From a virus, in the IMG/VR virus record IMGVR_UViG_3300009151_000035, positions 83,554 to 147,553 of that record: a stretch of DNA of 64,000 nucleotides; one strand, 5' to 3'. How positions within the stretch are numbered: the stretch's first letter is position 1; each line of letters begins with the position of its first letter. The notes below the pieces were generated by a model that saw only the letters and a program-made list of their open reading frames with translations, was not told the DNA's origin and did not search any database. Below are positions 55,385 through 63,236 of the stretch, one piece after another. The translations under genes and the position numbers were made by a program.

Positions 55385-57333
55385 GATTACTAGAAGGCGG
55401 TAACGTATTCAAAGATGCTGATGGCCGACCATTAACAGGCCGCATCAATCAAAGCGATGTGCCTGCCACAGTACAATGGTTGGAAACACTCACAGGATTA
55501 GAATTCCCACGTGAACGTTGGCTGGGATCAACTGGTCGCAAGCCCACCTCGGGCGATATGGACATGGCAGTTGATGCCAGTGAAATAAGCAAAGAACAAC
55601 TGGCAGCAAAACTCACACAATGGGCCGTAAGTCACGGTCAAGATCCCAAGGCCTGGGTGAAAAAGGGTGGCGAAGTTCACTTGCGCACACCCATTAATGG
55701 CAATCCTCAAAACGGATATGTTCAAACAGACTTCATGTTCTTTCCTAACCTGGACTGGGGACAGTTCTACTATGGCGGTTCAGAAGATAGTGCTTATAAA
55801 GGCATGAATCGTAATGTGCTGATGAGTTCAATAGCCAAGCAACTGGGACTCAAAGTAGGCGCAAATGGCATGTTCAGCCGCACAACAAATCAACTGGTAG
55901 ATGGTGGCATGGATCCAGACTATGTGGCCAAAACTTTGTTGGGTCCAAAGGCCACTAGAGAAAATCTCAAGAATGTGGAAAGCATTTATGCTGCTCTAGC
56001 ACGTGACCGGGACCGCGATGCCAAGCTGGCCGACTTCCGTGAATACCTGGGCCGTGAAGGTTTACAAGAGCCTGGCGCTGTTAACGAAAATACAGAAGTA
56101 AACTTCCTAGCAAAACTGCGTGACAGAATTGTAAATCAAGGCATGCAACCCTTGATTGAAACTGAAAAAACAAACCCATATCAAATCTACGAAGCAGAAG
56201 AAGGTAATGTAGGTGGTAGAGCCAAAGGTATTGAACACTTGGAAGATCTTGTGTTCCGCAAAGGCTCACGCGGAGTTGACGAAGCACTGGCCATTGTTCA
56301 ACATGCTGCCGAAGCACCACAAAAGACCACTAGCGTAAAATGGGACGGCAAACCTGCTGTGATATTTGGCCGCAAGCCCGACACAGGAGAATTTGTGCTT
56401 ACAGACGGATCAGGATTTGAAGCCAAGGGATATGATGGACTTGCTACTTCGCCCCAAATGATGGCACAAATACAAAGCACAAGAAAAGGCGAGCGTGGCG
56501 AATTGGTTCAATTGTATGCTGATCTTTGGCCACAGTTAGAAGCAGCTACACCCACCAACTTCCGTGGCTATGTCAAAGGCGACTTGTTGTACTACCCCGA
56601 ACAGCCCTGGGAAGAACAAGCTGGCAATCTTGTGTTCAAACCCAACACAGTGCAATACCGCATACCTGCCAAGAGCGCACTGGGCCAACGAATTCGCAAC
56701 AGCACCACAGGCATTGCCATGCACACCATGTATGCTGATCAAGGCGAGCCCAAGCAACCACTCAGCAGAGTGAAATTTAATGAAGTTCCGGGATTGTTCT
56801 TGATCGAACCAATTTATGGTAAAGGTATCACACCTCAAGATCCTGCACAGTCTAAAGAGCAAGCAGCATTGATCAAACAGATTCAACAAATACGCCGCAG
56901 CAAGGGTGCTGCCATTGATACTTTGTTCAATCCTGCAGAACTGCGAGCCATGCAAATCACAGACTTGGCCAAGCTGTGTGTGGACTATATCAACAAACGT
57001 ATCAATCCAGACTATGCAGGTTATACTGGAGACTTTTCTAACTTGATAGGTGATTTTGGCCAGTTCCTGCAGAGTACAGTGACTTCTAAAAAGTTCAACA
57101 ATATTGTGGAATATTTAAAAAGTCCTGCCAGCAACACAGAAGGCCTGGCAGCTGCCTTTACCTTGTTTATCCTGCTACACGATTTGAAGCTGGATATGTT
57201 GCGTAATTTGGATTTGAAAGATCCCGGGCACGAAGGTTGGGTAATGGCTACTCCCGCAGGCTATGCCAAAGCTGTTAATCGCTTTGATTTTACTGCTAGA
57301 AATCGAGGCCAAAACAATCCTCAACAGGCGTGA
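55381..57333 (+). CDS. Pol-beta-type nucleotidyltransferase fused to ligase-fold (KxDG) domain
   Basis: GSTG...SGDMD...VQTD; C-terminal KWDG, GDLL, EGWV, K.VNR. Confidence 0.65.
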   Translation: MRLLEGGNVFKDADGRPLTGRINQSDVPATVQWLETLTGLEFPRERWLGSTGRKPTSGDMDMAVDASEISKEQLAAKLTQWAVSHGQDPKAWVKKGGEVHLRTPINGNPQNGYVQTDFMFFPNLDWGQFYYGGSEDSAYKGMNRNVLMSSIAKQLGLKVGANGMFSRTTNQLVDGGMDPDYVAKTLLGPKATRENLKNVESIYAALARDRDRDAKLADFREYLGREGLQEPGAVNENTEVNFLAKLRDRIVNQGMQPLIETEKTNPYQIYEAEEGNVGGRAKGIEHLEDLVFRKGSRGVDEALAIVQHAAEAPQKTTSVKWDGKPAVIFGRKPDTGEFVLTDGSGFEAKGYDGLATSPQMMAQIQSTRKGERGELVQLYADLWPQLEAATPTNFRGYVKGDLLYYPEQPWEEQAGNLVFKPNTVQYRIPAKSALGQRIRNSTTGIAMHTMYADQGEPKQPLSRVKFNEVPGLFLIEPIYGKGITPQDPAQSKEQAALIKQIQQIRRSKGAAIDTLFNPAELRAMQITDLAKLCVDYINKRINPDYAGYTGDFSNLIGDFGQFLQSTVTSKKFNNIVEYLKSPASNTEGLAAAFTLFILLHDLKLDMLRNLDLKDPGHEGWVMATPAGYAKAVNRFDFTARNRGQNNPQQA

Positions 57334-57397
57334 TTTTTGCCAAAAGACTAAATAAAAGCAGGTCCACCAGGACCACTAACTTTAAAGGATTTTTATC

Positions 57398-57826
57398 ATG
57401 GCATATTATACCCCCGTAAATGGTGACGCACAACCAGTATTCGCATTAGACACACGCAACGGTCCTGTTGCTGCTAGTTCTTCTGTTGTTGGTCAACCAG
57501 TTCAACCTCAAGGTCCAAAACTGGACTTCTATCGCGTTGTTGCTAACGTTTCTATTGCTGCCGAACAAGGTGTGCAAGAGTATGTGGCTAACGTGATTCA
57601 AGCAGTGCAACAAACTGCTACTGTTGCAATGTATCAAGTTGATACAGTGGGCGGCGTTGGCGTTATCAGCTTTGCTACATACCCAACAGGTGCTTTTGGT
57701 AACTCAGCTGCCAATCCACCTACCACAACCAGTACAGCAATCTTCTTGGCTGCTGCTAACGTGACATACACTGGCTTCCAGTTGGATACTTGCCAGAGCT
57801 TGGGCTTCAAACTAGCTGCTTCTTAA
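57398..57826 (+). CDS. small virion protein (decoration-like)
   Basis: Own late promoter (57349), AAGGA RBS, terminator downstream; A/V/T/G-rich. Confidence 0.55.
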   Translation: MAYYTPVNGDAQPVFALDTRNGPVAASSSVVGQPVQPQGPKLDFYRVVANVSIAAEQGVQEYVANVIQAVQQTATVAMYQVDTVGGVGVISFATYPTGAFGNSAANPPTTTSTAIFLAAANVTYTGFQLDTCQSLGFKLAAS

Positions 57827-57850
57827 TCTGAAGTAAAGTGTAAACTTTAT

Positions 57851-57883
57851 ACCCCGGAATTAAAAACTCCGGGGTTTTTCTTT
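57851..57883 (+). terminator. intrinsic terminator
   Basis: ACCCCGGA-loop-TCCGGGGT followed by TTTTCTTT. Confidence 0.85.
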
Positions 57884-57902
57884 GTCGTTAAATACCCGCA
57901 GA

Positions 57903-58325
57903 ATGAATATATTATGCCGGACCCTATTTGATTGTACATGCACTGGCATCACTGGGCACTTTCGCTCAAGTCAAGTGCCGTATCCTGATCGCACAGGCCG
58001 ATTGATAAACGATATAAACGACTGGAACCGTGCTAGGAATCAACATCGCAACTGGGAAACTATCATGCAAATGATCAGCCTGCGAGCACAACCTACCATT
58101 GTGCAAGAACCACACTGTGTGGATAGTATATGGCAGTTTGAATTCAGTGTGGAAACACCCGGGGTATATTCTACCAATAATGACGTTGACAATCTAGATG
58201 GGTTACTGAATGAGTGTGCCGGCATACCAATGGTTGTGGGACTGGATGAATCTGCTGCTATTGAGCCCAGTTTAACCATCAACGGGCCAAATCAAAACTT
58301 GTGGTTTGAAACCATAAATAAATGA
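57903..58325 (+). CDS. hypothetical protein
   Basis: TLFD.T.TG...RNQ.RNWET..Q.ISLR.QP; TAAATA at 57889. Confidence 0.65.
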   Translation: MNILCRTLFDCTCTGITGHFRSSQVPYPDRTGRLINDINDWNRARNQHRNWETIMQMISLRAQPTIVQEPHCVDSIWQFEFSVETPGVYSTNNDVDNLDGLLNECAGIPMVVGLDESAAIEPSLTINGPNQNLWFETINK

Positions 58326-58339
58326 CTGGGAACCAAACA

Positions 58340-58603
58340 ATGAGCGATACCACCGACATCGAAAAGAAAAGTCTTGAGGCACATGTAGAATTGTGTGCTG
58401 AGCGCTATCGTCTGCTAGAAACCAAACTGGAATCAATGGATGAAAAGATAACCACTCTTTTTGGTGTAATAGCTGAACTGCGCGGCATGTTACAAGCATC
58501 CAATGCCAAAAACAACGACAGGCTAATCAGTTGGGGTGCAGGTATAATTGTTACCCTGGTGGGCGCTCTAGGCTGGGCGGCTGCACATTTGATTAAACTA
58601 TGA
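58340..58603 (+). CDS. coiled-coil protein with C-terminal TM helix (holin-like candidate)
   Basis: LEAHVELCAERY coiled coil, hydrophobic C-terminus. Confidence 0.55.
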   Translation: MSDTTDIEKKSLEAHVELCAERYRLLETKLESMDEKITTLFGVIAELRGMLQASNAKNNDRLISWGAGIIVTLVGALGWAAAHLIKL

Positions 58604-59088
58604 CTCAAGAACAAAAATTAGAACGCTGGGCCGAGCGTGAAGTTCGCCGCAATATCCACACCATGATTGTGGATGATGAATCAGGCGGGTATGTGGCATT
58701 TGGTCGATATCATTTGCGCCCATCTCATCAGTCTTTTGAAGTATACACCACAGGCGATAATTTTATAGGCACTTTCAGCAACAAACGCACAGCAATCAGT
58801 TGGTGTGTGGCAGACAATCACAATCAGCTGAGACTGGCACAAAGCATCAAGACTTTAGACACCAAAAAACAAACGCTGTCAGCAGACATATACTGTAGAC
58901 GTCAAGTGGCTGATCGTAGCCGAAACAACGGATTTAGCGAAGTAGTGCTGACCAAGTTACAACCCAAGGTTCAACAGCATGCCTTGGTGGATCAGGAACT
59001 TGAAAAATGTTTAAATTCGGCTAAATATATACAACTTAGGGGATTCCAAAATGAAACTGCAAGAACTAGCGGCAACCAAGCCAACTAA
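58600..59088 (+). CDS. hypothetical protein
   Basis: 162 aa, coupled to neighbours. Confidence 0.6.
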   Translation: MTQEQKLERWAEREVRRNIHTMIVDDESGGYVAFGRYHLRPSHQSFEVYTTGDNFIGTFSNKRTAISWCVADNHNQLRLAQSIKTLDTKKQTLSADIYCRRQVADRSRNNGFSEVVLTKLQPKVQQHALVDQELEKCLNSAKYIQLRGFQNETARTSGNQAN

Positions 59089-59968
59089 ACAAATAGCTCG
59101 TGTATTCGAAAGCTATTTTGGCTCACGCATGAAGTTTGACCAAATCACTGGCAAACAAGCTCAACAGATGTTGAAGCGTGTGCGTGGCGTACTAGGCGAG
59201 ACTCGTCGTCAACCATCGTTCCATCAAAGCGAACGCAATCCAGCTTATCTCAAGCTATTGATGGTCGAACAGGCATTGACTGCTAGAATTAGAGAAGCTG
59301 CCATGCCCGGCGCTCCTGCCGCTCCCGGCGCTCCTGCCGCTCCTGGCGCTCCTGCTGCCCCAAATTTATCACAAGCTACTTCAACAGTTAAAGATCCAAA
59401 GCTAAAAGCTGCTTTAGACAAAAGTACCAAAGGCCAGACCCTTACACCAGACGAACAAAAGATGGTTGCCGGTGCTGCTATGATGGCTGCTGAAAGCCGA
59501 CTGCGCAGAGCCTATCGCATGCTGAAAGAATCAGAAGTACAACAAGCTCAAGTGGTATTGGCTGCACAAGACATGGTTGACAAAATGCAATCAATGTTGG
59601 AAGACGCCAGCGAAATGCAATTCAAAGAATTGCCTGCTCTAGTTGATTCAATCAAGAATCAAGTGGGTATTGATCAAGCTGCTCAATTCAACACAGACGC
59701 CACTGCTGCTCTAACCGGCCTGGTGCAAAACTTGCAAGGTGCCAAACAACAACTTGATCAAGCACTTGGCGTAGTAACCGGCACAACACCTCCACCTGAT
59801 GCTGGTATGGCTGCCATGGGCGGTGCCCCTGCACCTGCTGGTGATATGGCTGCTGCTGGAATGGATGACCTAGACGCTGCTGCTGACATGGCCGGTGATG
59901 AAATTGCACCTCCTCCAGATGAGCCAGCCGCAGTTCCCCCTGCTGCACTTGGTCGCGCCAAGAGATAA
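59051..59968 (+). CDS. putative prohead core/scaffold-like protein
   Basis: MKLQE start, LKESE..QAQVVLAA.DMVD helical core, acidic Pro/Ala tail ending LGRAKR; TAAATA at 59022. Confidence 0.55.
   Translation: MKLQELAATKPTKQIARVFESYFGSRMKFDQITGKQAQQMLKRVRGVLGETRRQPSFHQSERNPAYLKLLMVEQALTARIREAAMPGAPAAPGAPAAPGAPAAPNLSQATSTVKDPKLKAALDKSTKGQTLTPDEQKMVAGAAMMAAESRLRRAYRMLKESEVQQAQVVLAAQDMVDKMQSMLEDASEMQFKELPALVDSIKNQVGIDQAAQFNTDATAALTGLVQNLQGAKQQLDQALGVVTGTTPPPDAGMAAMGGAPAPAGDMAAAGMDDLDAAADMAGDEIAPPPDEPAAVPPAALGRAKR
59306..59359 (+). repeat. 18-bp tandem repeat x3 (PGAPAA)
   Basis: CCCGGCGCTCCTGCCGCT x2 plus a variant copy. Confidence 0.9.
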
Positions 59969-60315
59969 TGCGAATTTTTGAAGTTGATCAGTCCAGTGCT
60001 GGGGCCGATCCCAACAAACTGGTGGGGTTGGTAAACTTTCTTGCAGGTCGAGCAGACGATACAAATGCTCAAAAACAAATCAGTCAAACGGCTTTTATTT
60101 CAGCTGCTCAAAGCCTGGGTATTGCTATTACTAGTCAAAATCTTGGCGATGTCATCAGTCAACCTCCACTTAGTGGTGTGTTAGAACCATTAGATCCAAA
60201 TTCTGGTATGGTCACATTCAAAGGTGCCGACATTGGTCCAGAAAAACTGTCAGTGCAACAAAGTCAACAAGTGGTAAACAAAATGGCCAAATCGGCTATG
60301 AAACGACCAATGTAA
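59968..60315 (+). CDS. putative internal head protein
   Basis: MRIFE start; ends V.KMAK.A.KR. Confidence 0.55.
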   Translation: MRIFEVDQSSAGADPNKLVGLVNFLAGRADDTNAQKQISQTAFISAAQSLGIAITSQNLGDVISQPPLSGVLEPLDPNSGMVTFKGADIGPEKLSVQQSQQVVNKMAKSAMKRPM

Positions 60316-60331
60316 TATAGTCAACTAATAG

Positions 60332-60360
60332 TTGACGCAAGGCGTTAAATATAGTATACT
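60332..60360 (+). promoter_or_regulatory. sigma70 promoter with nested late TAAATA, driving the isc operon
   Basis: TTGACG-17-TATACT; TAAATA at 60346-60351; overlapping dyads. Confidence 0.75.
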
Positions 60361-60378
60361 ATGCTGTAGGAGGCCCGT

Positions 60379-60657
60379 ATGAAAAAACTCATTGCTCTCA
60401 TGTTAGCGATTGTAGCTGTTTCAGCTCAAGCACAACATCACGGTTATTCACATCGCGGAAATTGGATAGCACCCATGGTAATTGGTGGAGCAGTTGGGTA
60501 TGCGTTAACACGCAATTACTACGAGCCTGTTTACAATTACGGTTATGTTCCACCACCTCCAGTGGTTGTTCAACAACCGGTGCGCTCTGTCTGCACACCT
60601 TGGACTGAAACCCAATATGCAGATGGTTCTATAACTAGAACTAGAACCTGCCAATGA
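60379..60657 (+). CDS. small exported Pro-rich protein
   Basis: AGGAGG RBS; signal peptide MKKLIALML...AQA; IGGAVG, PPPP, two Cys. Confidence 0.7.
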   Translation: MKKLIALMLAIVAVSAQAQHHGYSHRGNWIAPMVIGGAVGYALTRNYYEPVYNYGYVPPPPVVVQQPVRSVCTPWTETQYADGSITRTRTCQ

Positions 60658-60839
60658 AACACTGGAAAGCTCCTGTCACCTACGTTGCAAATGATGTGAC
60701 AAAAAGTTATGTTGCCACAGTGGCAGCAGAAAATCAGTTTGAAGCGGTGAATGAGTTCCACAAGAAGTTTGGCACAGACTGCTTGATAGGTTGGATACAG
60801 GAAACAAAATTATATGGCTTACAGTCAATCGGTTATTGA
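60654..60839 (+). CDS. small hypothetical protein
   Basis: ATGA coupling, 61 aa. Confidence 0.5.
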   Translation: MKHWKAPVTYVANDVTKSYVATVAAENQFEAVNEFHKKFGTDCLIGWIQETKLYGLQSIGY

Positions 60840-61200
60840 TCACTATGAAAACCCACGCAATGTGGGTAGCTTTGCCAAGGACGACGAACACGTGGGAACT
60901 GGCATGGTTGGTGCGCCGGCCTGCGGCGATGTTATGAAATTGCAAATCAAAGTTAAAGATGGTATCATCACAGACGCAAGATTCAAAACCTACGGATGCG
61001 GCAGTGCGATTGCCTCCAGTTCTCTCGTTACCGAGTGGGTTAAAGGCCAAACGCTTGAGCAAGCGTCAACTATTAAAAATTCAGCAATTGCTAAAGAACT
61101 CTCGCTGCCACCTGTCAAAATCCATTGTTCAATCCTTGCTGAAGACGCCATCAAAGCGGCTGTAGAAGACTACAGAAAGAAGCATGATCTCTCTAACTGA
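60814..61200 (+). CDS. iscU: Fe-S cluster scaffold IscU
   Basis: DHYENPRNVG, GAPACGDVM, GCGSAIASSS, LPPVKIHCS. Confidence 0.97.
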   Translation: MAYSQSVIDHYENPRNVGSFAKDDEHVGTGMVGAPACGDVMKLQIKVKDGIITDARFKTYGCGSAIASSSLVTEWVKGQTLEQASTIKNSAIAKELSLPPVKIHCSILAEDAIKAAVEDYRKKHDLSN

Positions 61201-61507
61201 TCGTGCGTATACCAAAGTAAAACGACTTCTGCAAGCTAAAGACTATGCTGGCATTCGGCTTGGAGTGAAAACTACAGGTTGCTCAGGCTTGGCTTATGTG
61301 TTAGAATATGTACAAGAATACAAACCTTCAGAATCTGACATAAACTATGCACAAGCAGACTTTGTGGTATTAGTTGACAAGAAAAATGAAGTGTATCTCA
61401 AAGGCATTACCGTGGACTATGTGCGCCAAGGCCTCAATGAGGGCTTTGAATTTGTCAATCCTAACGAACGCGACCGTTGTGGGTGTGGTGAAAGTTTTAG
61501 AGTTTAG
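61184..61507 (+). CDS. iscA: A-type Fe-S carrier IscA
   Basis: GCSGLAY, F.NPN, CGCGESF. Confidence 0.95.
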   Translation: MISLTDRAYTKVKRLLQAKDYAGIRLGVKTTGCSGLAYVLEYVQEYKPSESDINYAQADFVVLVDKKNEVYLKGITVDYVRQGLNEGFEFVNPNERDRCGCGESFRV

Positions 61508-61512
61508 ATTTT

Positions 61513-62586
61513 ATGTTAATTCCCACTCAACATTATGGGTCTTGGGTGCTGCTCCCACCCAAAGGGTCAAGACTATTGACCTTTGATCCAGAAAGTATTT
61601 TAATAGATCTTAGATGGATCCTTCGAAAAGATTACATAATAGATAACTTACCAGCTGTGGAAGATCAGTTGGTCAAACACTATGATAAGCACAATCTTTA
61701 TTTTTATGCACCGGATGGTAATGATGTGTTAGCCCCGGGGTTGGTAGCTTGGATTAAACTGATTCAACGTGGACTAAGCATACCTGACAATAAAATCTGT
61801 TTTTTAAGTGTCAGCCCTAGTTTGCCGCAATGGCAGTGGATATCATATCCATTGGATGCTTTTGAATTTATAAGAAAAATCATATCTGCCAATGATGTAA
61901 ACAGAGATAACAGCCAGACAAAATTTGTTGGTATGTTAGCTGGCAGCAGAGTCAGCATCAGTAGACTGCGGCTGGCTTACGATTTGGATTGTGCATTTCC
62001 GGGTGACGCATTTATTACATTTCCTGTAAACGCAGCAAAAGGTATCTTGAACGAGAGAGTGTCTGAATATTATCAGACTGAACTTGATTGGATGTCTCAA
62101 AGACAGTTCAACAATGATATGCCCAACGCCAAGGGAATTGACTACAGGTCCGGCGCTGCCAATTATGCACAAATTTGGAATCAATTCCAAATTGAAATTG
62201 TACCCGAAACTGACGAATATCAAAATCAATGGTTTACTGATAAAATAGCCAAATGCCTCCGCACTGGAAAACCGTTTTTATTACTAAGTGGTCAACACAG
62301 TTTACAGAATCTCAAACAGTTGGGCTTTGTAACATTTGACCAGTGGATTGATGAAAGCTATGATGAATGTGTATTGCCCGGACAACGAATAAATGCTATA
62401 ATCAACAGCCTGCAGAAATTGTATCACCACCCAGCAAAGGCGTCAATCATTGCTGACATGCAACAACATGCCAAAAAAAATATTGGCCATTATCATGACT
62501 ATGTACAAAAACAAATTCAATTACGAACCTATACCGAGAGTTACAATAGATGGCAAGAGATTTTACGCCACACCGGACGGCAATAA
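61513..62586 (+). CDS. GT10-like (E-x-TDK motif) glycosyltransferase-like protein
   Basis: IEIVPET...FTDKIAKCL..GKPF...G...L..LGF.TF..WIDESYD. Confidence 0.55.
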   Translation: MLIPTQHYGSWVLLPPKGSRLLTFDPESILIDLRWILRKDYIIDNLPAVEDQLVKHYDKHNLYFYAPDGNDVLAPGLVAWIKLIQRGLSIPDNKICFLSVSPSLPQWQWISYPLDAFEFIRKIISANDVNRDNSQTKFVGMLAGSRVSISRLRLAYDLDCAFPGDAFITFPVNAAKGILNERVSEYYQTELDWMSQRQFNNDMPNAKGIDYRSGAANYAQIWNQFQIEIVPETDEYQNQWFTDKIAKCLRTGKPFLLLSGQHSLQNLKQLGFVTFDQWIDESYDECVLPGQRINAIINSLQKLYHHPAKASIIADMQQHAKKNIGHYHDYVQKQIQLRTYTESYNRWQEILRHTGRQ

Positions 62587-63217
62587 ACTGCCCTCAGTTA
62601 CCACCATACTAGACCAAACCAAAAGTGCAGAAAGTCGGGCAGCACTACACAACTGGCGGCGTGCAGTAGGTGCAGAACGAGCACAGCAAATAACCACCGA
62701 AGCTGCCAATCGCGGCACCAGAATGCATACCTATCTTGAAAAATACATTCGGGAAGGTGCTATACCTGCCCGTGGATCAAACCCGTTCAGTTGGCCCAGT
62801 CATGTCATGGCTGAAGAAGTGATCAACAAGGGCTTGGTGAATGTTAGTGAATTTTGGGGAATTGAAGTGCCACTGTACTTTCCCGGTGTGTATGCAGGCA
62901 CCACAGACGGTGCAGGAATTCATCTAAATGAACAATCAATACTGGACTACAAGCAAACCAACAAGCCCAAAAAGCGCGAGTGGATTGACGATTACTTTGT
63001 TCAGCTGTGTGCATACGCCGAGGCTCATAATGAACTGCACGGAACTAACATCAAAAAAGGCGTAGTTTTGATGTGTGTAAAACCTGACTTGGACCAAGAT
63101 CATAATATTGTGGGCAAGCCACAATATCAAGAGTTTGTGCTGGAAGGTGCAGAATTTGAACGATATCGTACCCTGTGGTGGAAAAAGGTTGAACAGTTCT
63201 ACATGCTAAATATGTGA
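62501..63217 (+). CDS. PD-(D/E)XK exonuclease (Cas4/MGME1-like)
   Basis: LPSVTTIL, RGT.MH..LE, E..L, YAGTTD, DYKQ, Y..QL.AYA.A. Confidence 0.85.
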   Translation: MYKNKFNYEPIPRVTIDGKRFYATPDGNKLPSVTTILDQTKSAESRAALHNWRRAVGAERAQQITTEAANRGTRMHTYLEKYIREGAIPARGSNPFSWPSHVMAEEVINKGLVNVSEFWGIEVPLYFPGVYAGTTDGAGIHLNEQSILDYKQTNKPKKREWIDDYFVQLCAYAEAHNELHGTNIKKGVVLMCVKPDLDQDHNIVGKPQYQEFVLEGAEFERYRTLWWKKVEQFYMLNM

Positions 63218-63236
63218 TACCTCAAGGAATCACACT

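Noticed and set aside
59306-59359. 18-bp tandem repeat as CRISPR or regulatory array
   Set aside because: In-frame PGAPAA linker with no spacers
62501-63217. Cas4-like gene as a CRISPR component
   Set aside because: Stand-alone phage PD-(D/E)XK exonuclease; no cas genes, no array, and no four-Cys Fe-S motif
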